Assembly (NCBI RefSeq): GCF_001194135.2
Contig: NC_068981.1
Coordinates: 23,583,250 to 23,621,998, forward strand
Length of the DNA stretch: 38,749 nt
DNA from: Octopus bimaculoides
Taxonomy: Eukaryota
Direction: 5' to 3'
In this document: positions 23,793-34,422 of the stretch, piece by piece
How the letters are laid out: every line of letters begins with the position of its first letter
How positions within the stretch are numbered: position 1 is the first letter of the stretch
Program-made: the position numbers and the translations under genes
The notes under the pieces: generated by a model
Database searches by the model: none
The model's input: the letters and a program-made list of their open reading frames with translations, nothing else
Told to the model about the DNA's origin: nothing

Positions 23793-24092
23793 CTTTCATT
23801 CGAACTCTCCTATCGTCGGTTCTCCCACGTTGGTTTACCAACCAGATACTATCTCTCTCGCTTCTCTCTGCTACTTTCTTTTTAGCCAACTGATTAGACA
23901 GGGTCTACCTCATTGGTTTGCATATCATATACAGCCTTACGAATTAGTTCAACGACCAGTTACAGTCTCCTTCATTTGCTCATTGACCTGAGAGCGATTC
24001 CTTCATTGGTTCAACAACCAGATAGCGCCTCCTCCATTGATTCGCCGAAGAAATAGGATCTTCCTGATTGACTCACAGTTGATTACAGTCAC
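23793..24092. repeat. Degenerate 31-bp tandem array with ATTGG-like cores
   Basis: Cores at 23798, 23829 and, after a 21-bp CT-rich interruption, 23881 (weak), 23912, 23943, 23974, 24005, 24036, 24067. Consensus approximately CCTTCATTGGTTCAACAACCAGATACRGTCT. Confidence 0.8.
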
Positions 24093-24574
24093 TGTTATTG
24101 TCGTTGTTTCACTCTAGATCAACATTGATCGAACAGATCAATGATCAAATGCGTGCTAATCACGACTATCTAGCCGTTTGGTGGGGCATGTAAAACTACA
24201 TTATCCATAATAGCTGTTCTTTCCCAAGAAAGTAGGATATGTGGCTAAGGTAGTTTTACTGCTATTTCTTACAGATCGACCAACAACGTTGAAGCCCCTT
24301 CTCGGCTTGTAAATACCTGTTCAGTTGCTACAGAAAAATCAATCGACTGTAGCAGTTACTTGAATATATTGATGTTATTACTCGACAATTCAAATTAATA
24401 TTGATTTCTAATTCTAGCACAATGTCACAAATTGGTGAGAAACGGAAGTTATTGAGTCAATTCAATTTCAATGCTTTATGAGTTCTTATTCTTTCTACCA
24501 CAGAACGATGAAGGACAATGACAATTCGGACGGAATTTGAACTCAAAAGTTGAAAGAACTTAGATATATATAAA

Positions 24575-24750
24575 CGCAGACATGGCTGTGTGGTTAAGAT
24601 TCTCGCTTTACAATCACATGGTTTTGTGTTCGGTCTCACTGTCCCACTGACCAGCACCGTAGGCAAGTGTCTTCTGCTATAGTCCCGATCATAGCAATGA
24701 CCTGTTAGTGAGTCTGGTAAACGGAATCTATGTGAAGGCTTGCGCTGTAT
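24575..24750 (+). mobile_element. Diverged SINE family A head
   Basis: GCAGACATGGCTGTGTGGTTAAG...GTTCGGTC...GGCAAGTGTCTTCTGCTATAG. Confidence 0.8.
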
Positions 24751-25975
24751 CGGGTTCGACCTGACCACTTCCAAGCAATCGTGTAAAAAACTTTTTCGAA
24801 AGAAAAAAGAAACCATATTATATATATATATATATATCAAACAAAGACAAACACACACACNNNNNNNNNNNNNNNNNNNNNNNNNNNNNNNNNNNNNNNN
24901 NNNNNNNNNNNNNNNNNNNNNNNNNNNNNNNNNNNNNNNNNNNNNNNNNNNNNNNNNNNNNNNNNNNNNNNNNNNNNNNNNNNNNNNNNNNNNNNNNNNN
25001 NNNNNNNNNNNNNNNNNNNNNNNNNNNNNNNNNNNNNNNNNNNNNNNNNNNNNNNNNNNNNNNNNNNNNNNNNNNNNNNNNNNNNNNNNNNNNNNNNNNN
25101 NNNNNNNNNNNNNNNNNNNNNNNNNNNNNNNNNNNNNNNNNNNNNNNNNNNNNNNNNNNNATATATATATATATATATATAATTAAAATAATCAGAAAAT
25201 GGAATAAACTTCAGATCAATAAACGAATTGGACCACACCTGTAGCTTATCATTTAATATAACATGACATAACATAACATTTATGTGACATAATAATTCTT
25301 ACGGCTATTTCCGCTTCCGATGTCAGTCACTGCCTATGAAGGATTTGTGAAAATAATAATCATCTTCATAAGGTATTCGAACTAGAACATGGAGCTTCAT
25401 CAGGGTGAATACAAAAGCATCCCAAAAATGAACAAAATAAAGAGGGAATAGGAAAGAAAAAATGAGAAGAAACCTGGAGGCCTACTAAATTAAAATCATA
25501 CAATCTACGAGCACAGTGTGCTTGCATATTCATGCCCGGAGATTACACGGGTAACTGGTACCGATAGTAAATATGGATATCTTATCCCTTAGTCGGTTAC
25601 TATAACCACTAACTCTGCTTGCCTTTTATATATGTAAATTAAATTAATCAAAGGACATACTAAGTATGTCTGCCTGTTGGAAATAACACTCAAAACTCTT
25701 GTTTAAATCGCCAAAAATACACTGATGATAACTACAGAAATCAATCGAAAGTAGATTAGGTTAATAAAATCTCTTAATATGCATTTAAGCATAAGGACTC
25801 ACGTGGATCGGTTTCTGTACTGGCAAAATAAATATATTTAAATTACCTTAGTTTCTTCATTACATGTTACCAAGAAGAGAAGACCATAACTACCTGTATT
25901 GGAATCTGCGCTGTAACTGATTCGTTTTGCACTGAAATCAAATTACGTTCGCCAGTGAAAAACATACTCTCTATA

Positions 25976-26177
25976 CAGGGGCAAACAATTTGCAAGAAAG
26001 AGTATAAATTCTTGGAAATTAATTTGCTAAGGTATTATTAATTTTGTTATCATCTGGAATGACTATTGGGCCTGCGATCGCCTATATTAATAATTCTGTT
26101 ATTATCATTTTTTAAAATAGTCATTCCAGATTGTAACAAAATTAATAATATCTTAGCAAATTAATAATTTGCCCCTG
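25976..26177. mobile_element. Foldback MITE with TA target duplication (Tc1/mariner-type)
   Basis: TA|CAGGGGCAAA...TTTGCCCCTG|TA. The arms 25976-26068 and 26116-26177 pair throughout (AATTAATTTGCTAAG.TATTATTAATTTTGTTA..ATCTGGAATGACTATT) except for a ~30-bp indel. Confidence 0.85.
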
Positions 26178-26389
26178 TAAAAATATATATGTATATATAT
26201 ATATATATAAATATAATGTAACGTAGGCATCTATACTAATACATACATACGTCAATACGTCATACATACACACACACACACACGCACACACATACATACG
26301 TATGTACGAGTATGTATGTATGTATGTATGTATGCATGTATGTATGTATGTATATATGCTTATAATGTAGGGGAAATGTATATAAATGA

Positions 26390-26580
26390 CTGTTTTGTGT
26401 TTGTGTTTGGTTCCCACAAGTATCGACTGACAACCGGCATTGGTTTGTTTACATCCCTCTAATTTGAATGAGGACATGACTTCCAAAAATAAATACTGGG
26501 GACGATTTGTTCGTCTAAATCTTTCAAAGCAGTGCCCCAGCGTGGCCGCAGTCCAATGACCGAAACAAGAAAAGGATACA
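26390..26580 (+). mobile_element. SINE family A 3' half, diverged
   Basis: TGACAACCGG..TTGGTTTGTTTAC...CTGGGGACGATTTGTTCG...GCAGTGCCCCAGCGTGGCCGCAGTCCAATGACCGAAACAAG. Confidence 0.75.
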
Positions 26581-26624
26581 CTGCGTAGATTCCAGCCGGT
26601 TATTCCACGCACCACACTTTCTGA

Positions 26625-26835
26625 CCGAAATTCTGGCTATATATTGGTTTCTAACGTAGGTACGACGTTATCGGTTTTTGATCGATTAAATTGCCCTTGT
26701 AGTTTACTTTTACTTTATCGACCCTTAACAGATAAAAGCCGAAGTCGACTCCCGCGGGATTACGAACTTACAACGTAAAAGGAAGCATCAAAGTACTACC
26801 AGGCATTTTGTTCGACGTACCACTGATTCTGCAAT
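26625..26835 (-). mobile_element. Diverged SINE family C
   Basis: TTTATCGACCC...GAAGTCGAC...GAACTTACAACGTAAA...GCATTTTGTTCGACG...GATTCTGC. Confidence 0.6.
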
Positions 26836-26908
26836 AATTAATATATATATATACATAATGTGTATATATACCACTACTTTATATTTATACACACGCACAC
26901 ACACACAC

Positions 26909-26954
<46 letters not shown>

Positions 26955-27003
26955 NNNNNNNNNNNNNNNNNNNNNNNNNNNNNNNNNNNNNNNNNNNNNN
27001 NNN

Positions 27004-27043
<40 letters not shown>

Positions 27044-27173
27044 GAGAGAGAGAGAGAGAGAGAAAGAGAGAAGAGAGAGAGAGAGAGAAAAGAGAGAGAG
27101 AGAGAGAGAGAGAAAGAGTATATATATTTATATAAGACATATGCACACATATCTTGTGCATGTATGCATGTGC

Positions 27174-27222
<49 letters not shown>

Positions 27223-27244
27223 CATACATATATGCATATATATC

Positions 27245-27275
<31 letters not shown>

Positions 27276-27621
27276 ATGTACATATGCAGCACATGCACGC
27301 ATGAGTGCAAACCACACATCCACCCACACAAAGATTCAGGTCTGAATGAGAAAAAGAAGCTGCCTTTTGGCACCATATGTATGACATTTTAATAGCTGTA
27401 GCTAACTTATTGACGTCAATCCATTAGGTTATTGTTCCTGTGCTTATATATTCAATTACGAACGACCAGAAGTTGTTTACAATTTCTATGTAAATGTAAA
27501 GTTTTCTTAATCTTTAAAGTAGACTTCATGTTGTTGTTGCTATTGTTCTTGTTGCTGTTAATCTTGTAGTTTCAGTCATTGTTGTGATTGTTCTGGTGGT
27601 GGTGTTTGCTGGTGTCTGATT

Positions 27622-28068
27622 TCAGACACCAGCAAAGAGAGGGGGGTATGCAATCTTATATGTATGGAGTATACTGGAGGGGCTGGCACCAAACTTCGCA
27701 ACAGAGAGCTACACCCGACCCCGAACTGGATGTCACTGCACTGCTCCAAAGGTCCCATCTAGTGTGAGGACCATGTACTACAATAGCTTGGGGTTCAAGG
27801 ACCTGCAACTATTTAACGCCTTCCCAAAACATCTGAGAGATCTTCATGGATTGGGGGTAGATGTTTTCAAGAAACTTGACCTCTTGATATCCAAGATCCC
27901 AGATGAACCAATATCAAGGCAGGAGACTCAAAAGAGGGCAGCAGTGTCGAACTTCCACCTTCACCAAAAGCCACTCACATGAAATTGGCCACTGAAAAGG
28001 TGATTACACAGGCGGTACCCCAGCACAGCCATGGCCTTAGGGCTGAAATATATAAAAGAATAAAATGG
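27622..28068 (+). mobile_element. CR1-group (CR1/L2-like) LINE 3' end, copy 1
   Basis: REGYAILYVWSILEGLAPNF...RTGCHC..PKVPSSVRTMYYNSLGFKDLQLFNAFPKHLRD...VDVFK.LD...KIPDEP...RAAVSN, followed by a 3' UTR and A-rich tail. Confidence 0.8.
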
Positions 28069-28124
28069 TAATACACGTACTTTGCTAGAAAATATTAAGT
28101 AATTCTTCAATATGCATAGGAGTA

Positions 28125-28535
28125 TCTGGAGTATAGATATGCGGTGATATATATTTGGAACATCTTTGAGGGTTTAGCTCCCAATTTTTGAATTGACAGC
28201 TATACCAATCCTTGAATTGGACGGCACTGCATCATACCAAAGATCCCGTCTTACCCATCTACTGCAATAGTCTGGGTTTCAAGGGCCTGAAATTGTTCAA
28301 TGTCCTCCCAGGCAACTTTAGAGATGTACATGGTGTTGATGCAGAAGTTTTCAAGGAACGTCTGGAGAGGTTTCTATCTGTGATACCAGATGAACTCACA
28401 TAGCGACAGGAGACACAAAGAAGAGCAGCTCCGTCCAACTCGCTACTACACCAAAAACAATACCGAAACAACATCAAGTAACTACAGGTGATGCACGAGC
28501 TTGACCTCAGCCCTGAGCTGAAACCAGTAAAAGAT
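28125..28535 (+). mobile_element. CR1-group LINE 3' end, copy 2 (divergent)
   Basis: RYAVIYIWNIFEGLAPNF...GRHC..PK...YCNSLGFKGLKLFNVLPGNFRDVHGVDAEVFKERLERFLSVIPDE...RAAPSNSLLHQ, tail GCTGAAACCAGTAAAAGA. Confidence 0.8.
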
Positions 28536-28605
28536 ACACACACAATGCTCACTGCCATCAACACAAAAAACTCAGAGTNNNNNNNNNNCACACACACACA
28601 CACAT

Positions 28606-28634
<29 letters not shown>

Positions 28635-28639
<5 letters not shown>

Positions 28640-28745
28640 CGGGTTTCCATAATTTTTAGTCCATGAAATTCACACAAGGCATTGGTCGGGCCACGACTCT
28701 ATTAGAAGACATTTGCCGAAGTTTCCGTGCAGAAGCTTTGAAATC
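28635..28745 (-). mobile_element. Diverged SINE family A fragment
   Basis: ACGGGTTTCC...CACACAAGGCATTGGTCGGGCC...AGAAGACATTTGCC. Confidence 0.6.
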
Positions 28746-29539
28746 AAAATTATATGGACGCCGCCAATACTGCGATGTATTAATTTTCATTATAAGTCCG
28801 GTCCAGTTGCACACTACAGGAGATTTAGGCAGATTTGGTGCCTGCTAGATTAGAGAGTAAAAAGTCTGTTCGTGTGGCCTTCACTGTAAGTTATTGAAGA
28901 GAAACAATTCAGAATAACAAATAAATGAATAAATAAGTAGGGTGAATGACCGAAAGAAACAAGACAAATTAGTAAAAACGAAAGAAGGAAAATAAATAAA
29001 AATAAATCACATAATTTCTGATTCAGTCATTTATGGTACGCATGCGTGCTGGTAAGTTATAGTAAAAGGACAATAATGATATATTAATAAATGCTAATGT
29101 GAGAGCAAGAGACGAGAGAGAAGCAAAAAAGAGAAAATGAAAAAGACGATAAAGAGAAAGTAAGAATATTATATGAATGGAAGGGGTGAAAGAAAGAGTC
29201 GCATGAACTGGGAATTTAGGACGGGGTTAAGGGAAGGTAAGGGGAACAGGAGGAAAGAAGTAAGAGTCAGTGAATAAGATCTTGAAATAGAGAAATAAAA
29301 CCGAAAGATATTCAAATAGAGTGTAATGTATACCGAAATTTGCAAACTACTGCATTGTATTGCTTTAATACATTAACCGGGCATTGGAAGGTTTGGAATA
29401 TCTATTGTATGAACAGATATATGAGTAAGTAGTAATGTTGATTAGCTCCTTTAGGTACATGCAGTACTTTGAGAACAATTTTATTAATATATATCATGCA
29501 TATGTAATTTGAAACTAATTCCTTGCTTTGCAATCTTTT

Positions 29540-29855
29540 ATTGTTTACTTGTTTCAGTCATTGGACTGTGGACCATGCTGGGGCACCACTTTGAAAAGAT
29601 CGATACCAGAACTTATTTTTAAATCTTGAGTATGGTGTGAGAGTACTCACACAAACAAAAAGAAAACACACACACACACACGCTCATACATATACGACGA
29701 GCTTCAACATTGTTTCCGTCAACTAAATTCATTCACAACGCAATGATTGGCCCAGGAGTATAGTAGAAGACGCTTGCTCAAGGTGCCACACAGAGGGACT
29801 GAACCCGAAACCATGTGATTGCAAAGCGAGATTCTTAACCACACAGCCATGCCTT
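29540..29855 (-). mobile_element. SINE family A (older subfamily)
   Basis: Tail TACTTGTTTCAGTCATTGGACTGTGG, head AAGGTGCCACACAGAGGGACTGAACCCGAAACCATGTG...ACCACACAGCCATGCC. Confidence 0.85.
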
Positions 29856-29879
29856 TGACTCCTGTACACAAAGACGAGG

Positions 29880-30600
29880 CGCGGTACCCAAGGAAGGTAG
29901 AAGTTCAATGAAACGCATGTTTATTTGTGACTACTGATTAGCGATCCATCAAACCGTACATGGAAGATAAAAGTGAACATCAGTGAACACCTAATTGTAA
30001 ATACTAGTTGCCAATTTCAAAACCCTTGTTAACATTGCTGAAAGCAAGAAAAGGGCTGTTTCTCGCGTCTGAGAAGAGAAGCCGGTCTAATATGATTGTT
30101 GATACGAGATGGATTTGCGAATTGGTATTTGGCAGCTACTGTTGCTTCTGAAAAAAAAATATTGCTATGGTCTTTACACTACCAGCACTTGTGAATCCAC
30201 GAAGAGCTGCCAGCTTGAGGTTGGGACTCTACGGACAAGCGAGTAAAAAATTATATATTAAAAAAAACGAAAAGCAACGCATTGCTATTTACTGCTGTGC
30301 CAAACATAGGAATTGACTTTGACAAAATTTCGTTCTCACGTGTATAAGACACTGTTTGAAAACTTCCATCGCCATTTAGTTAAGCATTTTTCAAAGCTAA
30401 GAATATATTTGTGGATTCGATAAAGAACAGTTCACTAAATTATCAAAGTTTCCAGTCAAGATATTAACAATAGCTGCTCGAAAATCTGCGGTAGATTCTC
30501 CGATGCAGAATCCCTTAGGGAAATGCTTCACGAGCATCAATGACACTACAAAAACGGAAACTGCTACACCTGATATTCATGCAGAAGTAGCAGACAACGC
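29880..30600 (+). mobile_element. Highly decayed hAT (Buster/SPIN/GTF2IRD2-like) transposase remnant, possibly continuing at 31030-31420
   Basis: Weak frameshifted motifs in the expected order: FSRLRREA, IVDTRWICELVF (cf. L.D..WL.DLAF), LRLGLYG (cf. LNLKLQG), SFQSRY, QNPL, PDIHAEVAD. Interrupted by the SINE at 30611. Confidence 0.4.
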
Positions 30601-30610
30601 TGTATGTGTT

Positions 30611-30792
30611 ATAGGCGCAGGAGTGGCTGTGTGGTAAGTAGCTTGCTCACCAACCACACGGTTCCGGGTTCAGTCCCATTACGTGGCACCTTGGGCAAGT
30701 GTCTTCTACTATAGCCTTGGGCCGACCAAAGCCTGATGAGTGGATTTGGTAAATGGAAACTGAAAGAGGCCCGTCGTATATATGTATATGTA

Positions 30793-30828
<36 letters not shown>

Positions 30829-31025
30829 TGTGTGTCTGTATTTATCCTCCCAACATCGCTTGACAACCGATACTCTCTTTTGCCGAACTTAGCGGTTCGG
30901 CAAAAAAGACCGATAGAATACTAGGCTTACAAAGAATAAGTCCTTGGGTCGATTTGCTCGACTAAAGGCAGTGCTCCAGCATGACCGCAGTCAGATGGCT
31001 GAAGTAAGTAAATGAGTAAAAGAGT
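30611..31025 (+). mobile_element. SINE family A, full length, young
   Basis: Complete head, CORE-like box, internal (TA)(TG)n and GAGTAAAAGAG tail. Confidence 0.92.
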
Positions 31026-31496
31026 ATAGAGATAAGTCTTAAGAAGTGCCATTTGACGTCCTTACTTCCGGAAAAAGACCCACAAAAACTGGAAAGATTT
31101 GGCACTTTATAAGCTTTTACCTTGTTGCTTGGTTGATCAAAGAATAATGATTAACTAGGCAAATTCACATTGCTGACATTACGAAAAATGTTTTGATGCT
31201 TTGATGTTATATTTTCGATTAAATGCCAATTTTGTGTTAATCTCACTTTGAAATCTTTCTTTTCACTTCGAGGCAGCAAAATTTCATTTTGAAATCGTAT
31301 CATTAATCTCATTTTGCAGTAGCAAGATCACAATTTGAATGGCATGTACTCGCTTAGAGTACTGTTAAATATCTCCTTACAACAGAAAACTTAGAGCATT
31401 GATAACAATGAGCAACTTATTCAGTAGAATTATGCATTTTACTATTTTGAAACTGAGTTCGTAGGAACGATAAGGTTCATATTGCATTATACATGG

Positions 31497-31570
31497 TCAG
31501 ATTAAGAACTTTCAATAGTCAGACTAAGCACTTTGAATAGCAAGATTAAGTACTTTGAATCATCAGATTA
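31497..31570. repeat. 22-bp tandem repeat, about 3.4 copies
   Basis: TCAGATTAAGAACTTTCAATAG / TCAGACTAAGCACTTTGAATAG / CAAGATTAAGTACTTTGAATCA / TCAGATTA. Confidence 0.9.
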
Positions 31571-31599
31571 GTTACGTGTGTTGTGCAGTTATTAGTTGA

Positions 31600-32450
31600 A
31601 GTCATAGCGTTCACTGACATTTAGTTGTTTGGTTGTGTCTGCATCTGCAGGCCACATGCTCACATATCTGCTACTTGTTTTAATACCAGCAATAACTGTA
31701 CTAAATAGCGAGGACTTGTTTTGCTTCTTGTCTTTTTTAAATGCTAATAAGGTGTGGGTGTGGACGTTTATGATTAAGTGTAGCTCCTTTCTGTAGATGT
31801 TGTGTATTGGCATATTGATCTGTGAGATTTTGATGCCTTTAGCTCATAGCGATTCACGGAAAGGTTTCATTCAATATACACAAATTAGACAAGAATAGCT
31901 CTAGCTGAATGTTCAATGGTTTCTTTGAAAACTTTGGAAATAATGAAATGTGATGAGCTTAGGAATGTCTTTCAGATATATTTGCTTCGCATAAATGAGT
32001 TCATTACATTTATTAATTGTCTTCCTAAAGCCCTATGCTAATAGATTTGCTAAATTCAAATTAGGCTTTGCTAATTAGAAACACGAGCTACAAACATTCA
32101 GACGTCTGAATCTAAAATCCAAATTCCATAGCTCTACTGGATACATGTTTCCTGACAATATCTTATTTGTGAATTTGTGATTAGTTTCGGCAATAGACTT
32201 CGGTCATTTGACTTCTACTGCAGCTACTGCAGTCAAACATATATCTCCCTATAATGTTATCTAGCTTCTGATTTTAAAAAAATGTTCAGAAAAATATATT
32301 TCTACATTTAAACTAGACATTATCCGTTGCGTTTCCTTCAGTCTCGCTCAATTCCTAGTGAAATGGTATTTTCTAGTCGCATTAATATCAGGAAACAGTC
32401 ACTATACCAGTACATGATTGATACTAATTTTCCCTTAAAATTCTAAATAT
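31600..32450 (-). mobile_element. Very decayed Penelope-like RT
   Basis: Minus-strand motifs in PLE order: SSLNVEIYFS (cf. SLDVESLFT), GNMY...AM (cf. GKFY.Q..G.AMG), LANLL, IYRKELH, KSSLFSTVI. Many stops. Confidence 0.4.
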
Positions 32451-33208
32451 ATATAGACAATGATGCATAGACAATGAGAGCAAATTCGGCGTGTATCCTT
32501 CTAAAACTGCAAATCCTTAATATTTTGTACCTATTTTTCTGTTTCCCTTCCTACAGGACTTATGTGTAAAATTATAATGTTTTATGTTAGAATCTGCTAA
32601 CTAGCGGGCTGGATGAAGGGATGTTACTACTGTATCAACAATCCCAGATCTGTTGCTAAAGAAACAGGAGTACATCTATATATATATTCTAATTATTTGT
32701 TAAACAATTTTAATACAACTTCAAATGATTTTTGTCTTGTTCTTATTAAGAAACTTAAAGATCAAATGTTTCATATTTGTAATACATTTCAACTAAAACT
32801 TGGGCTAAAACAAAGAATCTGTTCTCTTTTGTCGGTTTGAATATTCAAGCGTTAATCTATTAGAGCGTGATATATTAATTCTCTCCTTAAACACGCTGTC
32901 TCTAGGTATAATTGGTTAGAGTATGGTGCAGCTCCATTGTATAGTCTGCTGCTAATTTTCTATTTAGATTTATAATCGCTTGGCTGACATTTCTGTTCTA
33001 TAACAACATTTCAATTGTGTTGTTAGAAGTTCAGTGTTTACTGTAGCTAAGGTAATATAACTAAGATGCTAACTAAATATGGTTTAATGTGGACTGTCAT
33101 TCTCTGATAGAGATCCTTTCATAAATTAGACGCTTTCTTTACAGATCACATTTCTGATCTAGCTACAAATAGTAGCGTCGAAAACTTTGACACCATCCTT
33201 GTTTACTC

Positions 33209-33281
<73 letters not shown>

Positions 33282-33296
33282 ACAATCTATCTATCT
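33209..33296. repeat. (ATCT)n microsatellite
   Basis: Direct run abutting the long hairpin. Confidence 0.95.
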
Positions 33297-33551
33297 ATCA
33301 AAATAAGCAACAAGGATATCCAAAGTTAATGCAGTACGATCGTTTCATGCGACTCCATTTATTTAAGCAATGTGAACATTACATCAAATGTAAATTGCAG
33401 AGCAATCTTCAGCTGCACAAAGACATAGAAATTTACTGAGGATTGCTCTGCATTTTACATTTGCTGTAATGTTCACATTGCTTAAATAAATGGAGTCGCA
33501 TGAAACGATCGTTCTGCATTAACTTTGGATATCCTTGTTGCTTATTTTGAT
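33297..33551. repeat. Long inverted repeat: 116-bp arms, 23-nt spacer
   Basis: 33297-33412 is the reverse complement of 33436-33551 with four mismatches by my count. Confidence 0.97.
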
Positions 33552-34391
33552 TTGAATCACCTTATTTTGAAATTGTATGGATAATACCATACTTAATTCT
33601 GGTGCCTAAACTTAAGTACTATATTCACCTTGAATCTAATTTTTTTATCTATCTATCAATCTATCTATCTATCTATCTATCTATCNNNNNNNNNNNNNNN
33701 NNNNNNNNNNNNNNNNNNNNNNNNNNNNNNNNNNNNNNNNNNNNNNNNNNNNNNNNNNNNNNNNNNNNNNNNNNNNNNNNNNNNNNNNNNNNNNNNNNNN
33801 NNNNNNNNNNNNNNNNNNNNNNNNNNNNNNNNNNNNNNNNNNNNNNNNNNNNNNNNNNNNNNNNNNNNNNNNNNNNNNNNNNNNNNNNNNNNNNNNNNNN
33901 NNNNNNNNNNNNNNNNNNNNNNNNNNNNNNNNNNNNNNNNNNNNNNNNNNNNNNNNNNNNNNNNNNNNNNNNNNNNNNNNNNNNNNNNNNNNNNNNNNNN
34001 NNNNNNNNNNNNNNNNNNNNNNNNNNNNNNNNNNNNNNNNNNNNNNNNNNNNNNNNNNNNNNNNNNNNNNNNNNNNNNNNNNNNNNNNNNNNNNNNNNNN
34101 NNNNNNNNNNNNNNNNNNNNNNNNNNNNNNNNNNNNNNNNNNNNNNNNNNNNNNNNNNNNNNNNNNNTATATATATAAACAAATAGTAAATGAGTATATG
34201 CATATATACGTACAGGTATGTACCGACATCCACCTGTATGTATAGGTGCATATCTGGGTACAGGACATTGCAATCAAAACGTAGACGAGAAAACACACAA
34301 GCCACATAGAGAACATTCTTCTTCATCAGCTACCCCCGTTTTAACACCGGCGTTACAGACAGACTCGCACATGCATACATACATAGATACA

Positions 34392-34422
<31 letters not shown>

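Noticed and set aside
25370-25410. Minus-strand CTGATGAAGCTCC...TTCGAATAC hammerhead-like string
   Set aside because: GAAT replaces GAAA and stems I and II do not pair convincingly.
25852-26031. 180-nt open, phase-symmetric exon candidate (FFITCYQEEK...INLLR)
   Set aside because: Its last third is the left arm of the foldback MITE, the acceptor is weak, and the peptide is unrecognisable.
23793-31570. 31-bp and 22-bp arrays as CRISPR-like repeats
   Set aside because: The units are contiguous and degenerate with no unique spacers, there are no cas genes, and the context is eukaryotic.
32555-32610. Strong acceptor tttcccttcctacag with short frame GLMCKIIMFMLESAN*
   Set aside because: All frames stop within about 50 nt, there is no donor, and it lies in the probable antisense of a decayed Penelope-like element.
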